Shown here: positions 17,435-26,485 of the stretch, in pieces | How the letters are laid out: the number at the start of each line of letters is the position of its first letter | How positions within the stretch are numbered: position 1 is the first letter of the stretch | NCBI GenBank assembly: GCA_021815315.1 | Contig: JAKAHB010000001.1 | Location: forward strand, 1-52,579 | Length of the DNA stretch: 52,579 bases | From: a bacterium | GTDB taxonomy: Bacteria; Patescibacteriota; Minisyncoccia; Portnoybacterales; JAKAHB01 | Direction of reading: 5' to 3' | Made by a program: the position numbers and the translations under genes | Notes under the pieces: model-generated | Seen by the model: only the letters and a program-made list of their open reading frames with translations | Told to the model about the DNA's origin: nothing | Databases searched by the model: none

Positions 17435-17569
17435 ATGTCTATTACCTATAAACCCAAAAAGAAAAAAAGAAAAACAACCCACGGCTTTTTGGTAAGGATG
17501 CAAAGCAAGAATGGCGCCAAGGTCATCCAGCGTCGTCGGGCTAAGGGCAGAAAAAAATTATCCGTATAG
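17435..17569 (+). CDS. rpmH: 50S ribosomal protein L34 (not in the ORF track)
   Basis: Manual translation [44 protein letters not shown]; divergent from dnaA, upstream of rnpA. Confidence 0.97.
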   Translation: MSITYKPKKKKRKTTHGFLVRMQSKNGAKVIQRRRAKGRKKLSV

Positions 17570-17571
17570 TT

Positions 17572-17907
17572 TTGGCTATTTCCAGTTTTAAAAAACAGGA
17601 AGACTTTTCCTTATTGTACAAGAAAGGAAAAAGATTCCAAACCAAGAATCTTAGTTTCTGCTTTGTTCCGTCCCAACAAAAACAAGCGCGCTTTGGCATC
17701 GTCGTTGGCAAAAAATTGTCAAAAAAGGCGGTGACGCGTAACTTGGTAAAAAGAAGAATCCGCGCCTTGATAAGAGAAAACCAGCAACAGCTTGAAAAGT
17801 GTCGGCAAGACGTTTTAATAACAGTCAACCCCACTGCCGCTACGGTCAAAATGGATGAGCTGAAAAAAGATTTTCTCTCTTTTTTATCCAGAAGCCACCA
17901 GTCATGA
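17572..17907 (+). CDS. rnpA: Ribonuclease P protein component
   Basis: RFGIVVGKKLSKKAVTRNLVKRRIR (RNR-like motif); synteny; TTG start. Confidence 0.93.
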   Translation: MAISSFKKQEDFSLLYKKGKRFQTKNLSFCFVPSQQKQARFGIVVGKKLSKKAVTRNLVKRRIRALIRENQQQLEKCRQDVLITVNPTAATVKMDELKKDFLSFLSRSHQS

Positions 17908-18146
17908 AAAATCTCTTCATAAAACTGATCAAGATGTACCAGATGACTGTTTCCCCGGATAAGGGAATTTTTGTTAAAAGAAGAAACACCTGTCGTTTCT
18001 GGCCCACTTGTTCCGAGTATTTGATTGAAGCCTTGGAAAACTATCCTTGGCCTCAAGCAATGTGGCTGGGGCTAAAGAGAATTTCCAGGTGCCGCCCGGG
18101 TGGCGGTTGGGGCTACGACCCTGTTCCCCTGGCTGGTAAAAAATAA
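17904..18146 (+). CDS. yidD: Membrane protein insertion efficiency factor YidD
   Basis: CRFWPTCSEY, RISRCRP..GGYDPVP-like motif. Confidence 0.93.
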   Translation: MKNLFIKLIKMYQMTVSPDKGIFVKRRNTCRFWPTCSEYLIEALENYPWPQAMWLGLKRISRCRPGGGWGYDPVPLAGKK

Positions 18147-18158
18147 TTTTTCAAACAA

Positions 18159-18887
18159 ATGATCGGTAATATTTTTAATTTAATACTGGTTAAACCACTT
18201 CTTAATCTCTTGGTAGGCATTTACAACGTAATACCAGGCCATGATTTTGGCGTGGCCATTATCATCCTGACCATTCTAGTGCGCTTGATTTTATATCCTT
18301 TGGCGCAAAGCGGGATTAAATCGCAGAAAGCTTTAAGCGAAATTCAGCCGGAGATAAAAGCTCTGCAAAAAAAATATAAAGACAATAAAGAAAAACAATC
18401 CCAAGAGCTAATGAAGTTATATAAAGAAAAACACATAAATCCGGCTGGCGGCTGTTTGCCGTTGCTAATTCAGTTGCCGGTCCTGATCGCCCTGTTCCAG
18501 GTCTTGCGTAAGGGCGTAACTGGCGAGGGTGGGGCCCTACTATACGGTTTTGTTAGCCACCCCGCAGCAATTAACCCCCTGTTTATTGGCCTGATTAATC
18601 TGGGAACGGCCAGCATCGTCTTGGCCATTTTGGCCGGAATAACCCAATTCATTCAAGGCAAAATGCTAGCGCCTGCTTCCGCGAGCCAAGGTAGCGGAGA
18701 TAAGGGAGATTTTTCTTCCAGCCTGAATAAACAAATGGTCTATACTATGCCTATCTTTACTTTATTGATCGCACTTCGCTTTCCCGCCGGCTTGAGCCTT
18801 TACTGGGTGGTTAGCAATGTTTTCACTATTTTCCAGCAATATTTAATTATTAGCAAGAAACAAAAAGATGAAAGAGCGAGAAATTAA
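18159..18887 (+). CDS. yidC: YidC/Oxa1 membrane insertase (short form without periplasmic P1 domain)
   Basis: FGVAIIILTILVRLILYPL, NPAGGCLPLLIQLPV, PAGLSLYWVVSN. Confidence 0.95.
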   Translation: MIGNIFNLILVKPLLNLLVGIYNVIPGHDFGVAIIILTILVRLILYPLAQSGIKSQKALSEIQPEIKALQKKYKDNKEKQSQELMKLYKEKHINPAGGCLPLLIQLPVLIALFQVLRKGVTGEGGALLYGFVSHPAAINPLFIGLINLGTASIVLAILAGITQFIQGKMLAPASASQGSGDKGDFSSSLNKQMVYTMPIFTLLIALRFPAGLSLYWVVSNVFTIFQQYLIISKKQKDERARN

Positions 18888-19326
18888 AGAATTGATAGAC
18901 AAGATTCTAGAGATAACCAAGTTTGACGGTCAAGCAGAGGTCACCAAAGAAGAAGATATTTATCGCGCCCAAATTACAACCGTTGAGGCCAACCGTTTAA
19001 TTGGAAAATATGGCCAGGTCTTGCTGGAGCTAGAGCACATTATCAGGCAAATTCTTTTTAAAAAAATTGGCGAACCATTTCGTTTTTTCTTGGATATCAA
19101 TGATTATCGCAAGGACAAAGAAGCCATAATTAAGGGTTTGGCCAGGGAGTACGCCCAACGGGCTAAAAATGAAGGGCGGGTTGTGGCCATGCAGCCAATG
19201 AACGCTTATGAGCGAAGACTAGTGCATATGATTTTGGCCGAAGACGATCAGGTGGAAACTTTCAGCGAGGGCGAGAACGAAGAGCGCAAAGTTTTGATTA
19301 AGCCTAAAAAGGAATTTAGTCTCTAA
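18868..19326 (+). CDS. jag: Jag/KhpB-like KH-R3H RNA-binding protein (no Jag_N domain)
   Basis: LIGKYGQVL (KH GxxG), LDINDYRK, PMNAYERRLVH (R3H), SEGENEER; follows yidC. Confidence 0.88.
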   Translation: MKEREIKELIDKILEITKFDGQAEVTKEEDIYRAQITTVEANRLIGKYGQVLLELEHIIRQILFKKIGEPFRFFLDINDYRKDKEAIIKGLAREYAQRAKNEGRVVAMQPMNAYERRLVHMILAEDDQVETFSEGENEERKVLIKPKKEFSL

Positions 19327-20765
19327 TGAGCGTCAAAAAACAAATTGCCTTTAACTCTTTTATTTCTGTTTTCTCCAGGATTGTTTATACTCTGGTTTCT
19401 TTAGTAATCATCGGGGTGATGACACGGTATCTAGGCGAAAAGGGGTTTGGCGAATACTCAACTGTTTTGGCCGTCGTTTATGTCTTTACTGTGCTGGCCG
19501 ACTTGGGGCTTTATGCCATTACTATCAGGGACATTTCTCGCAGTGGTGCCGATGAAATAAAAATCGTCAGCAATAGTTTCACTCTAAGGGCCGTAGCCGG
19601 TCTTTTTTTGTTTACTGCTGGTTCGCTGATTATTTGGTTTCTCCCTTATTCCACGGAAGTGAAACGGGGAATAGCGATCGGGTCTTTGGCCTACTGGCTC
19701 TTTTCCAATATTAATGTTCTCTTGGGAGTGTTCCAAAAGAATTTAAAAATGATTTTGGTGGGTCTGGCCGAGCTGATTGGCCGGTTGGTGCAACTGGGGC
19801 TAATGTTACTGGCGGTGAAACTGAGACTTGGCTTCGTGACCTTTATTTGGGCGATGACAATCGGAGCCCTCGTGCATGCCTCTTTGGTTATAATCTTTTC
19901 CCGAAGAATTGTTCCTTTCCATTTGGAATTTGACTTTGTCTACTGGAAAAAATTGCTAAAAGAAAGTTTTCCCCTGGCCGCTTCCTCGGTTTTAGTGATG
20001 TTTTACTTTAAGTTTGATACCTTGATGCTGTCATTAATGAAACCCCAAGAAGACGTGGGCATTTACAGCGTAGCCTATAAAGTTCTGGAAAATTTAATTT
20101 TTTTACCAGCGATGTTTGTGGGCCTGATTATGCCTTTAATTTCTAAATCTTTTTTTGATAATTTAGCTTATTTTAAGAGAATTATTAACAGCACGCAGCG
20201 CATCTTTATTGTTGTGGCTACCCCGCTTTTTTTTGGCGGAGCGTTATTAGCCAAGAAGATAGTCATGCTTTTGGCTGGGCGCAATTTTTTACCAGCTACC
20301 GGGGTTTTGGTTATTTTGCTGGCGGCTTTAACGGCTATCTTTTTTGGAACTATTTATTCCAGTGTTCTAATCGCTATTAGCAAGCAAAAACTTTTAACAT
20401 TGACCTATGGCCTGGGGGCGGTGTTTAATTTTGGGCTAAACCTGTTTTTTATCCCCCGCTTTTCTTATACTGGGGCGGCGATTACCACCTTTCTGACCGA
20501 ATTACTGGTAACAATAGTTATGGCTTGGCTTCTTTATCGGGAAATTAAGTTTGTCCCCAGTTTTCGTCCGGTTTGGCCGGTCTTAGCGGCCAGCTTGCTT
20601 ATGTCATGGATTATTTATTGGTTGCGCGCTCTTAACCTGCTGGAGCTGGTGGCCTTGGGTGGATTGACTTATTTTTTAAGCCTCTACGCTTTCGGTGGCA
20701 TTAAAAAAGAAGATTTGAAACTTTTCTTTAAAGATGAAACAATTGCCATGCCCAACATTCCTTAA
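19326..20765 (+). CDS. Wzx-like polysaccharide flippase (MOP superfamily)
   Basis: TRYLGEKGFGEYS, ADLGL, DTLMLSLM...VGIYSVAYK, IPRFSYTGAA; 12-14 TMs. Confidence 0.88.
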   Translation: MSVKKQIAFNSFISVFSRIVYTLVSLVIIGVMTRYLGEKGFGEYSTVLAVVYVFTVLADLGLYAITIRDISRSGADEIKIVSNSFTLRAVAGLFLFTAGSLIIWFLPYSTEVKRGIAIGSLAYWLFSNINVLLGVFQKNLKMILVGLAELIGRLVQLGLMLLAVKLRLGFVTFIWAMTIGALVHASLVIIFSRRIVPFHLEFDFVYWKKLLKESFPLAASSVLVMFYFKFDTLMLSLMKPQEDVGIYSVAYKVLENLIFLPAMFVGLIMPLISKSFFDNLAYFKRIINSTQRIFIVVATPLFFGGALLAKKIVMLLAGRNFLPATGVLVILLAALTAIFFGTIYSSVLIAISKQKLLTLTYGLGAVFNFGLNLFFIPRFSYTGAAITTFLTELLVTIVMAWLLYREIKFVPSFRPVWPVLAASLLMSWIIYWLRALNLLELVALGGLTYFLSLYAFGGIKKEDLKLFFKDETIAMPNIP

Positions 20766-22035
20766 AATGATGAACAAAAAATCGCTTTTTTGGCCGGTCT
20801 TGTTTTTTCTTGCTCCCTTCCTCCCCTATCTTAACCCGGCTTACGACCTTGACCTCTCGTCATTAAGAATTATCTTGGTCTTGGCGGAGCTGGTAATTTT
20901 CTTATTGATATTGCGGCAAAAAAAATACAGAAACTGGCAATTGAGCGCAACTTCTTTTCTTTTATTTGTTTTTTTATTTTGGTCTTTGGTTTCTTTGTCT
21001 TGGGCGCCCAACCTGTTTTGGGGTGCCAGAAAGCTGATTTTGTGGATTAACTTTTTTTTACTTGTTTTTTTGGCACCAGCCTGGTTCATCGGCGGCAGAC
21101 TGTTTGGCCTGAAGCTAAGCAAGGCGGTAGCCTGGTCCGGAGCCGTGGCGAGCTTGGTGGGCCTGGGGCAATTTGGAGCGCAGTGGATTTTGCCCCCGGA
21201 AAAAGTTTTTAGTTTCTTGGTTCAGAACATTTCCCCCATTTTTACTGGGGCCTCTCTTAGCGGTTTGGTAACAGATTTTCCCAGCTGGTTTTTTGAATTC
21301 AACGGGACGACGCTAATGAGGGCCGTTTCTGTTTTTCCCGACCCCCACATGTTGGGATTTTTTTTGGGGATGGCCACCTTTTTGTCTTGGGGAATCTTTA
21401 TGGTCACAAAAGAGAAGAAATACCTGGTGATTGAGGTTTTATTATTAGCGGGGCTAGTTTTGACCTTCTCTCGAGGCGCCTATCTCGGTCTGCTTGCGGC
21501 CCTGGTGGTTGTCGTGCCGGCTTCTTTTAGCCGCGTTGATTTCCGGTTCAAAAAAATGATGGTGGGAGTGGTTACGCTTGCTTTTTTGGTGCTGCTTTTT
21601 TTTGGCGGGCCGGTTATTAGCAGGCTTTCTTCGTCTTTTGACGCTGCCGAGGGTTCCAACCAAGGGCGGATAGCTATTTGGACAGAGGCTCTGGGTTTAT
21701 CCGGAGAAAAAATATTTATAGGGCATGGTCTGGGAAGCTACTCGGCCTTGGTCGCTCCCGCGACAGAGTATCGCTCTCCAATTAGTGCGCACAATCTTTA
21801 TTTGGAAATTTTGGTAGAATTGGGGTTGGTAGGGCTAACAACCTTCTTGTTACTAATGGTGGTCGTGTTTTGGCGCGGTTGGCGACGACAAAAAACCGAC
21901 CCGCTGTTTTTGGGAGTGATTGGAGCTTTGGTCTTTTTTTTGGCCCACTCTTTTTTTGAGGTGAGCGTTTATAACCCGATAATTTTGTTGGTCTTTTGTC
22001 TGTTGTTGATTCTGCCTGATTTTTCGGAGAGTTAG
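20734..22035 (+). CDS. O-antigen ligase/Wzy_C family membrane protein
   Basis: RAVSVFPDPH, LTFSRGAYLG, GRIAIW, GHGLG, SAHNLYLEILVELGLVG; start may instead be 20767. Confidence 0.85.
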   Translation: MKQLPCPTFLKMMNKKSLFWPVLFFLAPFLPYLNPAYDLDLSSLRIILVLAELVIFLLILRQKKYRNWQLSATSFLLFVFLFWSLVSLSWAPNLFWGARKLILWINFFLLVFLAPAWFIGGRLFGLKLSKAVAWSGAVASLVGLGQFGAQWILPPEKVFSFLVQNISPIFTGASLSGLVTDFPSWFFEFNGTTLMRAVSVFPDPHMLGFFLGMATFLSWGIFMVTKEKKYLVIEVLLLAGLVLTFSRGAYLGLLAALVVVVPASFSRVDFRFKKMMVGVVTLAFLVLLFFGGPVISRLSSSFDAAEGSNQGRIAIWTEALGLSGEKIFIGHGLGSYSALVAPATEYRSPISAHNLYLEILVELGLVGLTTFLLLMVVVFWRGWRRQKTDPLFLGVIGALVFFLAHSFFEVSVYNPIILLVFCLLLILPDFSES

Positions 22036-22058
22036 GATCAACAGAAAAAAATAACCTT

Positions 22059-23366
22059 ATGTTTTATCAACTAGTTGGTCCGGTCGAATATTTTTTAGCT
22101 AGTTTTGTTTTTGCGGCTTTTGGAGTCTTGTTTTGGCGTTATCCGCAAAAAGCTTTGGCGCTGACAATTTTTTTACTGCCTAGTTATTTGTTAAAAATCA
22201 GAGTGAGAGCTTTATCCTTTACTTTTTTGGATGTTTTTTTGTTGCTGATAATTATTATTTGGTTGCTGGGTAATTGGAAAACACTTGAAAGACAGTTCAT
22301 AAAACCCGCCATCGTTTTATTCGCGCTGGTGGCTTTTTTGGGGCTGGCGGCTGTTTGCCCGTCAGCTGACTGGATTCATTCTTTGGGCCTTTTTAAGTCG
22401 TTGATCTTCCTCCCCCTTTTGGCGGCTTCGATCTTCGCAACATTTTTGGAGAAGACCGGAGCTTGGAAAAATTTTTTTCTTCAGCCCATCTTCTGCTCTG
22501 CTTTAACAGTTAGCGTTATCGCCTTTGCCTATAAATTGAGAGGGGCTGTCACTTTTGACAACCGCCTGGCTGCTTTTTGGCAATCTCCAAATCAGCTAGC
22601 GATGTATTTGAGTTTGGGGTTTTTGGCTGGAGTATCGTTGCTGTTGAGCCAAAAACAACCAAGGCCCAAAAAAAGCTTAATTTTGATTGGGCTGGCCTGG
22701 TTGCTCGCTGTGATGTCGTTCGCCTCCTCCTGGGGGGCGACGCTGGCTATCTTTGGGTCGTTGGGTTGCCTGGCGGTTGGCAAGGTAATCTCCAGAAACA
22801 AACGGCTTTTGGGGATGGTTTTTTTAAGCGGTTATCTTACAGCTGGATATTTTCTGCTGTTTCGGGGAGAATTTTTGAGACCCCTATTTAGGGGTTCTTT
22901 TGATTCCCGACTGGTTATTTGGCAAGTAGCCAAAAGCCTGATTGGGCAACGGCCAGGGACGGGCTTTGGGCTAGGGGCCTTTCAGACCAATTACCTGGCC
23001 TCCCAGGGTCACTATCCCCCTTATCTTGAATGGGCGGTGCCGCACGCGCATAATCTTTGGCTTGATCTTTGGTTGAACTTTGGTTTTTTAGGGCTGGCCT
23101 TTTTTGGGCTTCTATTGGCTGGGCTCGGGTGGCGATTACTAAAAAAAATAAGACCGACAGAGAGCAGTCTTATTTTTGGACAACTATTTTTTTATTGGCT
23201 GCTTATTTATGGCTTGGTGGACGAGCCTTTGTGGCGTAACGATTTAGTGGTGATTTTTTGGTTGGTGTTGGCTTACAGCTTGATGCCGTACAATTGGCTA
23301 TCGTATTGGTTAACGAAAAAGAGATATTTATTATCATCGGAGACCAACAAAGAAGAAGCGTCATAA
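22059..23366 (+). CDS. Second O-antigen ligase/Wzy_C family membrane protein
   Basis: RLAAFWQSPNQLAMYL, SRLVIW, GFGLGAF, PHAHNLWLDLWLNFGFLG. Confidence 0.85.
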   Translation: MFYQLVGPVEYFLASFVFAAFGVLFWRYPQKALALTIFLLPSYLLKIRVRALSFTFLDVFLLLIIIIWLLGNWKTLERQFIKPAIVLFALVAFLGLAAVCPSADWIHSLGLFKSLIFLPLLAASIFATFLEKTGAWKNFFLQPIFCSALTVSVIAFAYKLRGAVTFDNRLAAFWQSPNQLAMYLSLGFLAGVSLLLSQKQPRPKKSLILIGLAWLLAVMSFASSWGATLAIFGSLGCLAVGKVISRNKRLLGMVFLSGYLTAGYFLLFRGEFLRPLFRGSFDSRLVIWQVAKSLIGQRPGTGFGLGAFQTNYLASQGHYPPYLEWAVPHAHNLWLDLWLNFGFLGLAFFGLLLAGLGWRLLKKIRPTESSLIFGQLFFYWLLIYGLVDEPLWRNDLVVIFWLVLAYSLMPYNWLSYWLTKKRYLLSSETNKEEAS

Positions 23367-24391
23367 AATTGAGTATCGGTTGACTCAAAAAGTTTAATTT
23401 GTTGTCCGGTGGCAAAATTAATTTCGTAGAAATCGTCTTTAGTGGAAACAGTGCCCTTGTAGTAATCGTCAGGCCAGACGGCGCCTTGGTTGATGGTCTT
23501 GGGGACGGCGCAAAAAGCGCTGTTATTGTTAACGCTCCAGACGCACTTATCAACTAGAGTGGCCAGGGCCAGCTCTTTTTTATTAGCGCCTTTGTCATCA
23601 CTAATAAAAAGAGTTAGATTCTTGCCTTGGGCCTGGGTGGCGGAAAATAGAACCTTGTCTCCGCTAGGCGACCAAAGCGGCTTGAGCCCGAAGTAGTCGC
23701 TTAAAACCTTGGAAAAGTCGGTGGTGTCCGGATTCAAAGTATAAACCAACCCCTGCACGGTTCCGCTTGGAGGAGACGCTAGCGAGATCTTGTTCTTGGT
23801 CACCCAACTTGCCTGCCAATCGGGCAAACGAGTTGGAAAGATATTTTTCCATTTTGTCCCGTCGGGGTCGGCGACACTGATGTTATTATCGCTATCCTTA
23901 CCTAAAAATTCATAAACAATTTTTTTCCCTTCGGGATCCCAACTGACCCAGGCAGTGTTTTCGTTAAGCAAGGTTGACTGTTTAGCCTTATAATCATAGA
24001 AATACTTTTTCACTTTTGTTTTGGTAGCGGGGTCGCTAAAGAGGCCTATAACCTTGGAAGTATCTTTATTCCAGAGCGCTTTGATAAATCCGGTCAGAAC
24101 GTTATCGGAAATCGTCTTTTTATCTTTACCTTCAAAACTAACGGAAAAAACCCGGCCATCGGAGGCCCGATAATATTTTATTCTGTCACTGCCGGAGTCA
24201 ATCACAGGAGAAATAACCGGCTCCTGGCTCAAGTTAAAAACGCTTCCCGTGACAATCTCTGTCTTTGACGCGGCTGGCTGGTTGTTGGCCGGGGCGGAAC
24301 GAGGTTTGATAAAAAAGTTGTAGATTATTAAAGAAACAACGATAACGGTCAGCACAACAGCTGAAACAATGAATAACTTTTTGGGATTCAT
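23273..24391 (-). CDS. Membrane-anchored beta-propeller (TolB/PD40-like repeats) protein
   Basis: N-terminal TM, then repeated W-[SD]-P-x-G-x-K-[IV] blades (WDPEGKKIV, WSPSGDKVL, VSDDNKYLF). Confidence 0.75.
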   Translation of the reverse strand: MNPKKLFIVSAVVLTVIVVSLIIYNFFIKPRSAPANNQPAASKTEIVTGSVFNLSQEPVISPVIDSGSDRIKYYRASDGRVFSVSFEGKDKKTISDNVLTGFIKALWNKDTSKVIGLFSDPATKTKVKKYFYDYKAKQSTLLNENTAWVSWDPEGKKIVYEFLGKDSDNNISVADPDGTKWKNIFPTRLPDWQASWVTKNKISLASPPSGTVQGLVYTLNPDTTDFSKVLSDYFGLKPLWSPSGDKVLFSATQAQGKNLTLFISDDKGANKKELALATLVDKCVWSVNNNSAFCAVPKTINQGAVWPDDYYKGTVSTKDDFYEINFATGQQIKLFESTDTQFYDASSLLVSDDNKYLFFVNQYDSQLYGIKL

Positions 24392-24401
24392 GGTTTTTTA
24401 A

Positions 24402-25331
24402 TTAAGATTTATAGGCGGACGCTTTGGGGGAAAACTTTAAATCCCAATGAGAAGGGACATTGGACAAATTTCTTTCGTCAGCTACCACAACGGTACAGCA
24501 AGCGGTGTCATAAGAATAAAGAGGGGCGCCGTCGCTTCTGGTGCCAGCGCTGGGCAAACTTGAAAAAAAAGTATTAGAAGCGGTGTCTTTCGCGCTAAAA
24601 TCGCTTTTGTAGCCATTGGCGTGCGATTCAACCCCACTGGTTGAATGAGTTCCTTCGGTAACGCTGGTGAGCTTCAGCTTGCAATCCGGGCACCCTTGAG
24701 CCAACTCTCTGATTCCTTCAACCGTTGAGGCTTGGACTCCCTCAAAACCGACACAACCACTGGTGCTACTTCCAGAGCAAACATTGAAAGAAACATTACT
24801 TTGGTCCCCCAGCCGGGCAATGGCAGTTTGCTGGTCAAGCTTTTGGTCAATATTTGTCGGAAGCAACCCAGGCGTCTCCGGAATGGTGACAGCCCCGGGG
24901 GCGTTTGCGGTGGTGGTCGTGGTAGAAGAAGTCTCTCCCGAAGAGCCGGCAGGTAAAGTAATGTCTAGTTTTAACAGATTGGGGTCAATGGTTTGCAAGA
25001 TTAAAGCGGCGGCTATAAGCAATAAAAGACCCAAAATGGCCCCAGTAATCATTCCCCGGGCCTTACCGACTTGGCTTTGGCTGACACCGCCAACCATATA
25101 TAAAAATCCTCCGGCGACGATCATGCCTACCGCCAAAACCCCAGCAACGCCCAGAGCAACATTATAAAGATTAACAAGGTATTCTCCCGGCGAACTGACG
25201 CTTTCGGCGTTGCCGATAGGATACTGCAATTTGGTAGAAGTGTCTGCCGCCAGAACTGGACCCGCAAAAAAAGGCAAGAGGCCGGCGGCAAACAATACCA
25301 AGAAGCAAAAAATAATGGCGCGTTTTTTCAT
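24402..25331 (-). CDS. TrbC/VirB2-like pilin fused to a putative zinc peptidase (Hedgehog/DD-peptidase, M15-like) domain
   Basis: Signal peptide; pilin helices (GVAGVLAVGMIVAGGFLYM...KARGMITGAILGLLLL...TIDPNL); S/T linker; C-terminal SHANGYKSD and HWD motifs. Confidence 0.7.
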   Translation of the reverse strand: MKKRAIIFCFLVLFAAGLLPFFAGPVLAADTSTKLQYPIGNAESVSSPGEYLVNLYNVALGVAGVLAVGMIVAGGFLYMVGGVSQSQVGKARGMITGAILGLLLLIAAALILQTIDPNLLKLDITLPAGSSGETSSTTTTTANAPGAVTIPETPGLLPTNIDQKLDQQTAIARLGDQSNVSFNVCSGSSTSGCVGFEGVQASTVEGIRELAQGCPDCKLKLTSVTEGTHSTSGVESHANGYKSDFSAKDTASNTFFSSLPSAGTRSDGAPLYSYDTACCTVVVADERNLSNVPSHWDLKFSPKASAYKS

Positions 25332-26050
25332 AGCCAGACAAGATTAATTTTTTGTTTTAAGGTTTCGCCGGTTTTTAAAATTACGTCAGCTTCCATTCCT
25401 TTTGGCTCTTTTTTGGGGAGGGACTTGGGGATGGTAAGAGTGAAAGAATCATCTTGAGTGGTCAGAGTATTAACCGCTCCAACCTGCCAGAAAAAAGAAG
25501 GGTTATTATTCGAAGCTAGATAATGGACCAGCGCCTTGAAAGAAAAAGCAGTATCAAGCTTCAGGGGGAAATCTTCCTGGATTGCTTTTTTAAAATAGAA
25601 AGAAGTTTCCGCTCGGTCAGGTTTTTGGTAGACAAAAACAGCGGGTTCTTGGGGGAGAAAAGAAAGATTCTCTGTTTGAATAATCTGGTCACCTTTTTTT
25701 ATTTGGAGCACCACTTCATAGATAATTCCTGGCGAGGGGCTTATTTGCAGATAATTTTTTCCAAGACCGTTGGCCGCTTTTTGCTCTTGTTTATTTAAAT
25801 ACCAGGAAAAATTGTAATCGTTTAAAGTTAGTTTTTGATCAGGCTGAGCGACAAAAATAATGCTGGCTCCCGGGATAATCAAAGCTTTTCCCGGAAAGTC
25901 GTCGGCCTCGCTTACCTGGTCTTGGCGAGACCAGGTAAGATCAAAAGTCTTAACGGTCTGGCCTTGGGCGAATGAAATAAGTCCCTGGTTTAAGGGCGAA
26001 GACAAACCGATGATTATAGTTATTAAATTGACTAAAATAATTTTTTTCAT
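25328..26050 (-). CDS. Secreted beta-sandwich (Ig/PKD-like) hypothetical protein of the T4SS-like cluster
   Basis: Signal peptide; YNFSWYLN...GLGKNYL and SFFWQVG strand motifs. Confidence 0.6.
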   Translation of the reverse strand: MKKIILVNLITIIIGLSSPLNQGLISFAQGQTVKTFDLTWSRQDQVSEADDFPGKALIIPGASIIFVAQPDQKLTLNDYNFSWYLNKQEQKAANGLGKNYLQISPSPGIIYEVVLQIKKGDQIIQTENLSFLPQEPAVFVYQKPDRAETSFYFKKAIQEDFPLKLDTAFSFKALVHYLASNNNPSFFWQVGAVNTLTTQDDSFTLTIPKSLPKKEPKGMEADVILKTGETLKQKINLVWL

Positions 26051-26059
26051 CCTAAATAC

Positions 26060-26485
26060 CTAAGTTTTTTTCCCGACAAGTTCAATCGTTTGCTCCAGAC
26101 TGGCCGGACCAAAAGATTGAACGGTCTTCTTCACCATTAAAGAAACAACGAAAGCTGTCCAGGCGGGCAAGGCGTCCAGAATGGGAATGAATTTTAATCC
26201 GGCTGTCGCTAAAAATCGTTTGGTTGGAAATTTGTGCAACCGGAACAAACACCAAAGCCAAAAGATGGCAACGATAAAAAAATTGGTGATTCTGTTAAGA
26301 ACAATTCCGATGCCAAAAGCTAAATCCAAGGCTGCGTCCAAGGAGTCCTTCCCAATTGCCAAAAGAAGCATCATGCCCAACTCCGCGAAACCGGGGCCGG
26401 CGTTGGTGTCGTCTTCACTTTGTTGAGCCGGAACGGGAGTCTGTCCTCCCGCTTGCCCGGCGTTATTTTGCGGGTCTTCGTTCAT
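26060..26485 (-). CDS. Small membrane protein of the T4SS-like cluster
   Basis: Hydrophobic segments with KFIPILDALPAWT; ATGA overlap with virB4. Confidence 0.7.
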   Translation of the reverse strand: MNEDPQNNAGQAGGQTPVPAQQSEDDTNAGPGFAELGMMLLLAIGKDSLDAALDLAFGIGIVLNRITNFFIVAIFWLWCLFRLHKFPTKRFLATAGLKFIPILDALPAWTAFVVSLMVKKTVQSFGPASLEQTIELVGKKT

